The position numbers and the translations under genes were made by a program. The notes beneath the pieces are model-generated. The model was not told the DNA's origin. It worked only from the letters and a program-made list of their open reading frames with translations, and searched no databases. A DNA stretch of 24,423 nt from assembly GCA_039794085.1 (NCBI GenBank), contig JBDIWC010000052.1, positions 1 to 24,423 of the forward strand, in the 5' to 3' direction. Within the stretch, counting starts at the first letter, position 1. Every line of letters starts with the position of its first letter. Below are positions 7,758 through 16,646 of the stretch, one piece after another. The stretch comes from Gemmatimonadales bacterium (GTDB lineage: Bacteria > Gemmatimonadota > Gemmatimonadetes > Gemmatimonadales > GWC2-71-9).

Positions 7758-8747
7758 CTAGCCGCTAATCACCCCGGTGTCCTGAAACGCCACCGGCAGG
7801 AGCTCCGCGCCCGCCTCCCGGAGCGCTACCCGCACCCGGTCGGGATCCCGCGCCAGAAAAAGGATCGATCCTCCCGCCCCCGCTCCCACCGCCTTCCCGC
7901 CGAGCACGGCACCCGTCTCCCGGGCCACCCGCTCATAGCGCGCCATGGTCTCCGTCCGCATCCCGGCGTCGAGTTGCTGCTGTGCCGTCCAGTTCCGGTC
8001 CAGCAGCACACCGACCCGTGCCAGATCTCCCGCCACCAGCGCCTGGGCCATGGCGATCCCCGCGTCTCGAATGTCGTGCAGAGCCCGGGACACAGTCTCG
8101 TCTCCACGCTCCCACGCCTGCATCACCCGGGCGATCGTCTCCCCCGACACCCGCGACCCCCCGGTCCACGCCACCACCATCGAGGCTTCGAGCACGGAGC
8201 GGAACTCCGGATCCAGCAACAGTGGCTGCACCCGCACCCCGTCTCCCGAAAACTCCAACCGGTTGATCCCGCCGAATGCCGCGGCCCACTGGTCCTGCCT
8301 CCCGCCGGGATTCCGCACATCCGCTGATTCCAACTGATACGCATCCTCCGCCAGATCGGCCGGTTTCAGCGCCACTCCGGGGCTATGTCGCAGGGCGGCC
8401 ATGAGCGCCACGCCGAGCGCACCCGAGGCGCCGAGGCCCGATCCGTGAGGAACGGCGCTCCGGGCCGACACCGTTCCCGGTCCGAACCCACACCGTCGGA
8501 CGGCGGCGGCAAGGAGGTCGAGCCCCCGCATGTCCGTGCTCGCTTCGCCCAGGACCATGCTCTGGCCGGAATCCTCCGAGAGGAGCACCGTCTCATCGCC
8601 GCCCCAGGTCACCGTCACCCGCACCAGGTGGTTGATCGCCACGTTGGTGACGACGCCCCCCTCCCGGTCCGCGAACGGCGGCACATCGGTCCACCCACCC
8701 GCCAGGTCGAGCCGAACCGGCGCCCGCGCCACGACGGTGTCTCTCAC
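7758..8747 (-). CDS. GHMP-family sugar kinase, HddA (heptose-7-phosphate kinase)/fucokinase-like
   Basis: ARAPVRLDLAGGWTD, PHGSGLGAS, GGRQDQWAAAFGG, GKAVGAGAGG; GTGA overlap with the upstream gene. Confidence 0.87.
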   Translation of the reverse strand: MRDTVVARAPVRLDLAGGWTDVPPFADREGGVVTNVAINHLVRVTVTWGGDETVLLSEDSGQSMVLGEASTDMRGLDLLAAAVRRCGFGPGTVSARSAVPHGSGLGASGALGVALMAALRHSPGVALKPADLAEDAYQLESADVRNPGGRQDQWAAAFGGINRLEFSGDGVRVQPLLLDPEFRSVLEASMVVAWTGGSRVSGETIARVMQAWERGDETVSRALHDIRDAGIAMAQALVAGDLARVGVLLDRNWTAQQQLDAGMRTETMARYERVARETGAVLGGKAVGAGAGGSILFLARDPDRVRVALREAGAELLPVAFQDTGVISG

Positions 8748-10189
8748 GGTGTGCGCCAGCGGGTGACCGTGGGCAGTTCCCCCCGGAGGTCCATCCGGAT
8801 TCCCGTGATCGCCCGGCGCTTTCCCTGGATGCCTCTGGCGTGGTAAAGGAAGGTGACGGGAACCTCGCGGGTCAGAATCTCGAGCAAATCCTCTCCCGGT
8901 GGTGCGGACAGACCCGACACGGCAACGAGAGGAGAGAGGTGACCCAGCATCAGATCGCCGCTCACGCCCAACACCGCGGCATCGAAGTCGGGCGTGTCGG
9001 CGTTGACCCGGGCCAGGTAGGCCGACAACTCGAGTTGCCGGATCCGCACCGAGATTCCCGTACGCGCCAGCTGGGCCTGCACCAGCTGTTCGAGGGCGGC
9101 CTCCCCGCTGCCCACGGTGAGGAGCTCGAACTCCAGCGGGGCGTCAAGGGACTCTTGGGTGCGGTCTCCCGGTCCCGCCTGGGATCCCCGAGAGGCAGGC
9201 ACCAGGGCGATCAGCTCCGGGGGGAGCGGTCCCGTGCCGGGTGTCCCGTACCCGAAGGTGATTCCGTCGACTATCTCCGTGCGATCGAGTGCGAGCGCCA
9301 CCGCCCGTCGGGCAGCCCAGCGATCGAAGGGTGGTCTTCGAGTGTTGAAGACAAGGGAGATGGTGAAAAGGAGGGGATAGTCGAGCACCTCCAGGTCCGG
9401 TTGGCGGCTGACAAACGCGGTGTGGGCCGGGGCGATCCCCGCCAGGTCGAGTTCCCCCGACGAGAGCGCCGCGAGCTTGGTGGCCGGTTCATCCACCACG
9501 GCCACCACCAGTCGCTCGAGCAACGGCGGCCCGCCGAGCTCGGCGGGAAAGTCCTCGTTGCGCTCGAAGACCCACCGGCGATTCGCCTCGTGCGTCACGA
9601 ACCGGAAGGGCCCGTTACCCACCGGATGCTCATTCCACTCCGCTCTTCGGAGGTCTGTTCGTGGTGTCGATCCCAGGAGGTGCCTCGGCGCGATGGCGAG
9701 ATCGGTGAGGACATCGGGTATCCGATCCTGCGGGGTGCTGAAGGTGAGGGAGACGGTGGTGTCGTCCGGCGCGTGGACGGAAGTGATCTGGCTCAGATCG
9801 GTGGCGCGGGGGTACCCCGTCTCGGGATCGCGGGCCGCGTCCAGGGTCCAGGCCACATCGTGGGCTGTGGTCCGTGTGCCGTCATGCCAGTGGAGCGCGG
9901 AGGTCAGGGTGAGGGTGAGGAGGGTCCGGTCCTCGGACCAGGTCCACCGGCGGGCCAGGTAGGGTTCGACCTGGAGCAGGGAGTCGTACCGGACCAGTGT
10001 GGTGAGCAGGACATACCGCTGCACCTGCTTCGCGAGGGGATGCGTGGTGACGAGAGGGTTGGCACTCTGCAGGTCGGCTCCCGAGGCGAGGAGCACGGTC
10101 CCCGGACGGCGGTCGGCCTGCCGGCCGCAGGCGGCGAGCAGGCAGAACAGCGCGATGACGGGTCTCGGCAACCGAAGCAGAAGCATCAT
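8744..10189 (-). CDS. Peptide/nickel ABC transporter substrate-binding lipoprotein (family 5, OppA/DppA-like)
   Basis: Lipobox LLAAC, PYLARRW, WHDG...TAHDV, PVGNGPF, SGELD. Start set at ATG 10189 (or 10186) because the upstream extension is repeat DNA. Confidence 0.9.
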   Translation of the reverse strand: MMLLLRLPRPVIALFCLLAACGRQADRRPGTVLLASGADLQSANPLVTTHPLAKQVQRYVLLTTLVRYDSLLQVEPYLARRWTWSEDRTLLTLTLTSALHWHDGTRTTAHDVAWTLDAARDPETGYPRATDLSQITSVHAPDDTTVSLTFSTPQDRIPDVLTDLAIAPRHLLGSTPRTDLRRAEWNEHPVGNGPFRFVTHEANRRWVFERNEDFPAELGGPPLLERLVVAVVDEPATKLAALSSGELDLAGIAPAHTAFVSRQPDLEVLDYPLLFTISLVFNTRRPPFDRWAARRAVALALDRTEIVDGITFGYGTPGTGPLPPELIALVPASRGSQAGPGDRTQESLDAPLEFELLTVGSGEAALEQLVQAQLARTGISVRIRQLELSAYLARVNADTPDFDAAVLGVSGDLMLGHLSPLVAVSGLSAPPGEDLLEILTREVPVTFLYHARGIQGKRRAITGIRMDLRGELPTVTRWRTP

Positions 10190-10194
10190 GGACG

Positions 10195-10496
10195 TGTGAA
10201 GTTCGAAGTGTGAAGTTTGAAGTGTGGACCGGGGAGGGTGGAATGTGAAGGGGGAGAAATTGAAGGGTGAAGTTCGAAGTGTGAAGGGGGCAGGAGGACT
10301 GGGCCCTCGGAGCCCATTTTGCCACCGGGACGTCACCCCGGCGAACGCCGGGGTCCATGGTCGAGCATGCAAATGACTCACACGAAGACACGAAGACACG
10401 AAGGGCACGAAGCTCCTGGAACTGCCTCAACTCAAAGTCGCGAGGGCGCAGGGACGGCAAGAAGTTGAACCGCTGGGGGCGCGAGGACACAGAGGG
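10195..10496. repeat. Composite repeat region: GAAGTKY heptamers, REP-like hairpin, CACGAAGA octamers
   Basis: Heptamers at 10195-10285; CGTCACCCCGGCGAACGCCGGGGTCCAT at 10331-10358; CACGAAG(A/G) units at 10381-10412; TGGAACTGCCTCAAC at 10417-10431 is an inverted near-copy of the 7476/7619 repeat. Confidence 0.82.
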
Positions 10497-10631
10497 TTGA
10501 CGGCACCCACATCCCGTCCCCAGTCTCGGACGTCAGACACCGGCAGCAGCGGGAAATGATCAGATATTCCTTAACGGGGTGAATGACGATGCGTCCCTGG
10601 GGGTGGGACCACCTCTGACGGAGAGACCCGC

Positions 10632-11552
10632 ATGCAGATCAACATTCTCGTGTGGCGAGCGGCGGGTGTGCTGGCACTCACCGGGTGCGGCGGGTCGGCC
10701 GCGACGTCACCGAGCGACAATCCGGGTCCGGACGCGACGAGTCCGGTGCCGATCGACCTGCAGGTCGATGGAACCGCAGGTACCTACAAGGGACTTCCGC
10801 TCCAGCTGGTGGACAACGGGGCTCCTGCGGTGCAACCGGTGGATGGGATCATCGGGATCGTGTGCGTGGGCATGAGCAACAGCAACCAGGAGTGCGCGGA
10901 TTATCGCACCCGTGTTACGGGGGAGTTCGCGGGTCAGATCGCGCCAACCGTACGGGTGGTGAACTGCGCCGTGGGGGGGCATGCCATCGAGCGATGGATC
11001 GACCCCGAATTTGACGATGTGCTCTGGAATGCCTGCCTCACCCAACGGCTCCCCCAGGCCGGCGTCCGGCCCGACCAGGTCCGGGTGATCTGGCACAAGG
11101 CAGCCAACCAGTTCACCACCGGTCCCGGGGGAGTCCCCCTGCCCACCTACCCCACGGCGGGCAGCGATTTCGAGGCCTTTGTCCAGAACCTCGATGCCTT
11201 CGCGGCGCGGGTCCGAGGAAAGTTCCCCTCCGTGCAGGCCGTCTATACCTCTTCCCGCAGCTACGGCGGATTCTCCGGCAATCCGGGGCGCGGGGAACCC
11301 CTGAGCTACGAGGAGGGTCACGCCCTGAACCAGTGGCTCCAAACCCATGCCACCGTGGAGGGCATCTGGTACGGGTGGGGGCCCTACCTGTGGGCGCCCG
11401 ACTGCGCCAGCGGGATGACCAATGGCGGGGGCATCTGCTATGTCCGGGGCGACTACGTGGAGGACGGGGTTCATCCCGGTCCCGGGGCGCGGCAGAAGAT
11501 CTCGACCCTGCTGCATGCCCGGTTGCTCCGGGAGGCGTGGTATCGGAGGTAG
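10632..11552 (+). CDS. Lipoprotein with SGNH/GDSL-like hydrolase motifs
   Basis: Lipobox LTGC; block-I-like VGMSNS, block-II-like NCAVGG, block-V DGVHP; GGAG upstream. Confidence 0.75.
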   Translation: MQINILVWRAAGVLALTGCGGSAATSPSDNPGPDATSPVPIDLQVDGTAGTYKGLPLQLVDNGAPAVQPVDGIIGIVCVGMSNSNQECADYRTRVTGEFAGQIAPTVRVVNCAVGGHAIERWIDPEFDDVLWNACLTQRLPQAGVRPDQVRVIWHKAANQFTTGPGGVPLPTYPTAGSDFEAFVQNLDAFAARVRGKFPSVQAVYTSSRSYGGFSGNPGRGEPLSYEEGHALNQWLQTHATVEGIWYGWGPYLWAPDCASGMTNGGGICYVRGDYVEDGVHPGPGARQKISTLLHARLLREAWYRR

Positions 11553-11669
11553 GCGGTAGGCGGTAGGTGGTAGGTGGTAGGTGGTAGGCGGTAGGCGGTC
11601 CCGGTGATGGTACGACCTCCTACGAGCTGTGCCCTATGTCCTACGTCCTTTGTCCTACGTCCTGCGTCC
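11548..11669. repeat. Heptamer tracts (GGTAGGY)x7 and degenerate (YGTCCTA)n
   Basis: Seven GGTAGG(C/T) units at 11548-11596, starting at the stop codon; GTCCT-type units at 11630-11669. Confidence 0.9.
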
Positions 11670-11684
11670 GCGGTACATTCCCCC

Positions 11685-12668
11685 ATGCTCTCCCTCCTGG
11701 CCGGCCGCCTGGTCCGGGGCCTCCTCGTGGTGTTCGGGGTCGTCACCCTGACCTTTGTCCTGCTGCACCTGGCACCGGGGAATCCGGTGACGCTCCTTCT
11801 CGGGCCCTCGGCGTCTCCAGCGCAGGTCGAAGCCCGCACCCGCGCCCTCGGGCTCGACCGGCCCCTGCCGGTACAGTATGGGAAGTGGTTGGGCCGGGCG
11901 GCCCGCGGCGATCTGGGAGAGAGCATCGCGACCGGTCGGCCGGTGGCCACCATGCTCCGGGAGGCCTGGCCCCGGACCGCGTTGCTCGTCGCCCTCTCCC
12001 TCGCGGCGAGTTACCTGCTCGGTCTCCTTGTCGGAGCCATCCAGGCCACCACCCGACGGCGGGGAGTGGATCACGCCCTCTCCATCGGTACCCTTACGCT
12101 GTTCGCCATGCCCTCCTACTGGCTCGGGCTGTTGCTGGTGATGATCTTTGCCTGGCAGTTGCGGTGGTTCCCCGCCTTCGGAGCGGCGGGTCTCGACGCC
12201 GATTTTCTGACGGGGTGGGCCCGGGTCCAGGATCGGCTGGCTCATCTCGCCCTTCCCCTTCTCACCCTCACACTGATCGGGGTGGGTGGCGTGGCGCGCT
12301 ACGTCCGGGCCGCGATGCGGGATGTCCGCGAGGCTCCGTTCGTCCTCGCCGCGCGGGCCCGCGGGCTGGGGAACGCCCGGGTCACCCGGCGCCACATCCT
12401 CCGCAACGCCCTCGTCCCCGTCGTGACGCTGCTCGGCCTGTCGTTGCCGGCGCTCTTTTCGGGCACCGTGTTCATCGAGGTGATTTTCGGGTGGCCCGGG
12501 GTCGGACTGGTGCTGGTGCAGGCGGTCGGGGCGCGGGATCTCCCGGTGGTGATGGCGGCCACAACGGTCAGTGCCATTCTCGTGGTCGTGGGGAACCTCC
12601 TGGCCGATCTGATGACAGCGCGAGTGGACCCCAGGGTCCGTCTGGTGCCGGAGCGCACGGGTGAGTGA
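11685..12668 (+). CDS. Peptide ABC transporter permease (DppB/OppB-like)
   Basis: LGLDRPLPVQY, GDLGES, HLALP, EAA-loop ARARGL...HILRNAL, IEVIFGWPGVG, DPRVR. ATG 11685 lies 5 nt after TACATT. Confidence 0.92.
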   Translation: MLSLLAGRLVRGLLVVFGVVTLTFVLLHLAPGNPVTLLLGPSASPAQVEARTRALGLDRPLPVQYGKWLGRAARGDLGESIATGRPVATMLREAWPRTALLVALSLAASYLLGLLVGAIQATTRRRGVDHALSIGTLTLFAMPSYWLGLLLVMIFAWQLRWFPAFGAAGLDADFLTGWARVQDRLAHLALPLLTLTLIGVGGVARYVRAAMRDVREAPFVLAARARGLGNARVTRRHILRNALVPVVTLLGLSLPALFSGTVFIEVIFGWPGVGLVLVQAVGARDLPVVMAATTVSAILVVVGNLLADLMTARVDPRVRLVPERTGE

Positions 12669-13497
12669 ACGATCTCACTCCGCCTGGGGAGTGGGAGCCA
12701 CTCTCGGTTCCGTCATCCTGGCTGTTCTGGTCGGGACGGCACTCCTCGCTCCCTGGATCGCGCCCGACCCCGGTGCCCAGAGCGACCTGGTCCACACCCG
12801 GTTCCTGGCCCCGTTCACCACCGACCTGAACGGCACCTTCCACCTGTTCGGGACCGACCGCCTGGGACGCGACCTCTGGGCCCGGCTGGCCCATGGAACC
12901 CGGATCTCACTCGGGGTTGGTGCGCTGGCCGTGCTTCTCTCCTCGGGGATCGGCCTGCTGGTGGGGGCGGTGAGTGCAGTCTACCCGCGCCACGTGGGGA
13001 GCGTGCTGATGGGGGGGACCGATCTGGCCCTCGCCCTTCCTCGCGTGGTGTTGCTCCTGCTGCTTGCCGCCCTCTGGCAGCCCAGTGCCGCACTGGTGGT
13101 GGTCGTGCTCGGCGTCACCGGCTGGATGCCGGTGGCCCGGCTGGTGCATGGCGAGACCCGTACCGTGCTTGCCCGGCCCTACGTCGAGGGTGCCATCGCT
13201 CTGGGATCACCCCGTCGCCGAGTGCTGCGAGCTCATGTGATTCCCAACGTGCTCACCCCGGTGATCACCGCCTCGGTTCTGGGAATGGCCAACGCCATCT
13301 CCCTCGAGGCCGGCCTCAGTTTTCTGGGCGTCGGAGTGCAGCCTCCCACGCCGAGCTGGGGGGCGATGATCGCCTCGGGACGGGAGACGATCGTGAACGC
13401 GCCGTGGGTGGCCCTGCTCCCCGGGATTCTGCTGGTGACGACGGTCGTGGCGCTGGCGATGGTGGGGGATCAGCTGCAGCGGACCAATGATCAATGA
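12661..13497 (+). CDS. Peptide ABC transporter permease (DppC/OppC-like)
   Basis: HLFGTDRLGRD, GTRISL, YVEGAIALG...HVIPN, EAGLSFLG, PSWGAMI; overlaps the upstream permease by 8 nt. Confidence 0.92.
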   Translation: MSERSHSAWGVGATLGSVILAVLVGTALLAPWIAPDPGAQSDLVHTRFLAPFTTDLNGTFHLFGTDRLGRDLWARLAHGTRISLGVGALAVLLSSGIGLLVGAVSAVYPRHVGSVLMGGTDLALALPRVVLLLLLAALWQPSAALVVVVLGVTGWMPVARLVHGETRTVLARPYVEGAIALGSPRRRVLRAHVIPNVLTPVITASVLGMANAISLEAGLSFLGVGVQPPTPSWGAMIASGRETIVNAPWVALLPGILLVTTVVALAMVGDQLQRTNDQ

Positions 13498-13530
13498 TCA
13501 ATGACCAACGAACAATGACCAATGACCAAT
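13484..13530. repeat. Heptamer tract (CAATGAY)n
   Basis: About 6 CAATGA(T/C)-type units overlapping the permease stop codon. Confidence 0.88.
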
Positions 13531-13657
13531 CACCAGTGTCTCCTCCTGATATCGGACATAGCGCCGGATTGTTTATAACTCCTCGTCGACACCGGTCGGG
13601 GGCCCTGGCGAGACCAGCCGCGGGGACGCCATCCGTTGAAGAGAGGGACCGGCCGAC

Positions 13658-13686
13658 TTGCCAAGTGGGGCACGTTGCTATAGTAT
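13658..13686 (+). promoter_or_regulatory. Possible sigma70/extended -10 promoter for the response regulator
   Basis: TTGCCA at 13658 and TG-C-TATAGT at 13676-13684, in an AT-rich patch. Confidence 0.4.
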
Positions 13687-13752
13687 TGAATCATTCGCTT
13701 TTCATTCTCCGCTGCCGGACCTCTACTTGGCACTCACGGAAAAGGTGCCTTT

Positions 13753-14580
13753 ATGGTCGGTTCCCGCTCCCCCTCGCTTGGATCAATCCCACCGTCGAAC
13801 CCAGTTTCCGCCTTTCCGGGTCGTCGCCGCACATCCTGTGCGACCCCGCGTAGAACCGTCACCGCCAGCACCACCAAGTCAGGTGCCAAGTCAGGTCCGG
13901 ACGACACCACGATCTCACTCCTGATCATCGACGACAACCGCTTGCTCCTCGAGGGGCTGGCGGCGATGATCCGCGCTCAACCGGGATTCCGCGTGCTCGT
14001 GGCCTCCACCAGGGTCGATGAGGCCCTGGCGGCGCTGCCTGACCACACACCCGACATCGTGCTCCTCGATATCGGCCTGGAGGCCCACGACAGCCTCGAT
14101 CTGACCGCGCGGGTGAGCCAGGAGGCCCCCTCGGCCCGGGTGATCGTCATGGGTCTCCTCTCCGGACAGGAAGACGTGGCCGACTACGTCCGGGTGGGGG
14201 CGTCGGGATTTGTCATGAAGGAGGCCTCGGTGGAGGACCTCTTCTCCACCATCCGGGCCGTCGCCCGCGGCGCCGAAGTGCTCCCGCCCGTTTTGACTCA
14301 CACGCTGTTCTCGCAGATCAATCAGGACCCGACCCTTCGGAACGATGCCCGGCGCCTGGAAACCGTGGGCCTGACCGCACGGGAACTCCAGGTGGTCGAC
14401 CTGCTGGGCAAGGGATTGAGCAACAAGGAGATCGCGACTCACCTGAACATCGCCGTGCACACCGTCAAGAGCCACGTGCACAATGTGCTGGAGAAGCTCG
14501 CGCTGCGCAGCCGCCTCGAGGTGGCCGCCTTCTCGCATGGTCAAACACCACCCGACCATCCTTCCCGCCACAACTCCTGA
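13753..14580 (+). CDS. NarL/LuxR-family response regulator (start uncertain)
   Basis: Receiver LLIIDDN...PDIVLLD...GASGFVMK; LuxR HTH LTARELQV...GLSNKEIA..LNIAVHTVKSHV. Confidence 0.9.
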   Translation: MVGSRSPSLGSIPPSNPVSAFPGRRRTSCATPRRTVTASTTKSGAKSGPDDTTISLLIIDDNRLLLEGLAAMIRAQPGFRVLVASTRVDEALAALPDHTPDIVLLDIGLEAHDSLDLTARVSQEAPSARVIVMGLLSGQEDVADYVRVGASGFVMKEASVEDLFSTIRAVARGAEVLPPVLTHTLFSQINQDPTLRNDARRLETVGLTARELQVVDLLGKGLSNKEIATHLNIAVHTVKSHVHNVLEKLALRSRLEVAAFSHGQTPPDHPSRHNS

Positions 14581-14677
14581 TCTCGATCTCTCGCTGTCGC
14601 CAGGGCGTGCCGCGGCCCACCGGCCTGCGAAGGTGGATTGGACCCGCCTCCCGGTGGTCCCTCCGGACTCCATCCCA

Positions 14678-14724
14678 TTTCATCCGTTCGATCGATTGTC
14701 TCCGGCACCTCGAACCCTCACATT
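14678..14724 (+). promoter_or_regulatory. Putative activator-dependent promoter P1
   Basis: GATCGA-TTGTCT-N17-CACATT; same layout as 14894-14928 and 23057-23023. Confidence 0.4.
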
Positions 14725-14881
14725 TTATACCTGCGTTGTACCCCCGCGCTGTACCCATTCCGCGTTGTTTCGGGAGGGACCGGTCATCAGGCCTGTCCCT
14801 CTCCTGCCATCCGGATCCGGTGGCGTCCGAACCCGGGCCCTGCGGACTCCCCGCCTTCGGCATTCGGGTTGACACCTCAGG

Positions 14882-14928
14882 ACTAGCTCCATTGAGCGAT
14901 TGGCGGGCCGACTCCCTTCCGGTAGAGT
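14882..14928 (+). promoter_or_regulatory. Putative activator-dependent promoter P2
   Basis: GAGCGA-TTGGCG-N17-TAGAGT. Confidence 0.5.
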
Positions 14929-15334
14929 TGTACCATGGCACGCTCGCGAGCACACCCCCCGGTGACCCCGGGGACGGATGGCAGTATCCATCGACAGCCG
15001 GAGGGCAGTCGCGGTCATCGACCTGGTGTCAGTGCCGCTGCTCCCGGCTTGGGGAACAGTTCCCGGGAGTGGGATGCCCCCATGCCGGTGGCGGGGTCAT
15101 CGGATCAGCGGACGGAGGGGCGAGTGGATCTCCACAGGGGATCGCCGCCGCACGGGGCCAATGGGGCACTCCCCAGCTGGAGCGGGGACGACTCCCCCGA
15201 CCCCTGGGACTTTTGCGGGCCGATCCCGGGGCGGCGGCGCGCGCACTGATCGAGCGAGAGGCCACCACGAGGACCGCGGGCACGGGGGAAGGGGTCGTCG
15301 TTCGTGAACAAACATACAGTGAGGAGAGTAACTC

Positions 15335-15550
15335 ATGCGTCCACTGGTCCTGGTCGGGATCGTTGTCTTCGGTCTCGGCACCTTTGTGCTCCTGCGGGGA
15401 GCGAGCTTCACCTCCAAGAAGGACGTACTCCAGGTGGGGGACCTCAAGATCACGGCGGACGAGCGTCAATCGGTCCCGCCGTGGCTCGGCGGGGTGGCGA
15501 TGGTGGCGGGTGTGGTTCTCATCGTGGCCGGGGCGCGGAAGCCCTCATGA
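15335..15550 (+). CDS. Small two-helix membrane protein (possibly DUF3185-like)
   Basis: 71 aa, GAGGAG RBS at 15321, two hydrophobic segments flanking FTSKKDVLQVGDLKI. Confidence 0.82.
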   Translation: MRPLVLVGIVVFGLGTFVLLRGASFTSKKDVLQVGDLKITADERQSVPPWLGGVAMVAGVVLIVAGARKPS

Positions 15551-15578
15551 CACCCGCGGTGGGAGTCTGAGGCGTTCC

Positions 15579-16646
15579 ATGGCCTTCCGTGACACTCGCC
15601 CCTCGCCGGGGGACCAGGCTCGTGCCACCCTGGCCTCGATCGGGGACGCGGTCATCACCACCGACCTCTCGGGCGCCATCACGTACCTCAACCCGGTGGC
15701 CGAGCGACTGACCGGCTGGACTCTCGCAGAGGCGCTGGGAGAACCGTTGGACCGCGTCCTGCCCCTCATCGCCGAGGCCAACCGCGCGCCGATCATGGAT
15801 CGGGTGGCACGCTGTCTGGAGGAGGGGCGCTCGACCGACCTGGAGGACGGCGTGCTGTTGCTCCGGCGCGATGGGACCGAGGTTCCCGTCGGCGATTCGG
15901 CGGCCCCCCTTGTGGACCCGGCCGGAAAGACGGTCGGGGTTGTCCTTGTCATGCAGGATGAGAGTGAGAAGCGCCGGGTGGGACGCCGACTCACCTACGA
16001 GGCCACCCACGACGTTCTGACCGGCCTCATCAATCGCCGGGAATTCGACCGTCGGCTGGCGCGCATCCTGTCCGACCTCACGGACACCGATTCAGAGCAG
16101 GCGATGGTGATGCTCGACCTCGATCACTTCAAGGAGGTCAATGATTCCGGTGGGCATGACGCCGGCGACGCGGTACTCCGGAGACTCGGTCCGCTGCTCA
16201 CTCGCCAACTGCGCAAGCGCGACACCCTTGCGCGTCTGGGTGGCGACGAGTTTGGCATCCTGCTGGAAAACTGTCCGCTGGACACGGCGGTTCACATCGC
16301 CGAGGGCGTTCGGCTGGCGGTCGAGCAGTCCCGGTTCACCGTGGAAGGCATCCCGTTCTGGATCACGGCGAGCATCGGCCTGGTTCCGATGACACCGGGG
16401 AGCGGGGGAATGGCGGCGGTGATGCGCGTGGCCGACGCCGCCTGCTACGCTGCCAAGGCGAGCGGAGGCAACCGGGTTCATCGCGGATCGGCGGTGCGCT
16501 CTGACACAGGCTCTCTCCAGGTCCAGGCGCCTCCCGGGACAACTGCGGTGCGACGACCGGAGGGTCGCGGGAAGTGGCGTCACACGGATCAGACCATCGC
16601 GTTGCCACACGGAGCATCGAATGACGCCCTCCTCAGGGACCACTGA
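15579..16646 (+). CDS. PAS-PAC diguanylate cyclase (GGDEF)
   Basis: TLASIGDAVITTD..YLNPVAE PAS; HDVLTGLINRR; DLDHFKEVND; RKRD I-site and intact RLGGDEF; no EAL domain. Confidence 0.92.
   Translation: MAFRDTRPSPGDQARATLASIGDAVITTDLSGAITYLNPVAERLTGWTLAEALGEPLDRVLPLIAEANRAPIMDRVARCLEEGRSTDLEDGVLLLRRDGTEVPVGDSAAPLVDPAGKTVGVVLVMQDESEKRRVGRRLTYEATHDVLTGLINRREFDRRLARILSDLTDTDSEQAMVMLDLDHFKEVNDSGGHDAGDAVLRRLGPLLTRQLRKRDTLARLGGDEFGILLENCPLDTAVHIAEGVRLAVEQSRFTVEGIPFWITASIGLVPMTPGSGGMAAVMRVADAACYAAKASGGNRVHRGSAVRSDTGSLQVQAPPGTTAVRRPEGRGKWRHTDQTIALPHGASNDALLRDH

Noticed and set aside
13666..13740. Sigma54 promoter
   Set aside because: GG-N10-GC spacing is not met at GGGGCACGTTGC or at TTGGCAC.
14607..15578. 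N-terminal half of the 679-aa GGDEF ORF
   Set aside because: Low-complexity sequence overlapping the well-supported 15335-15550 gene in another frame; the PAS domain starts just after ATG 15579.
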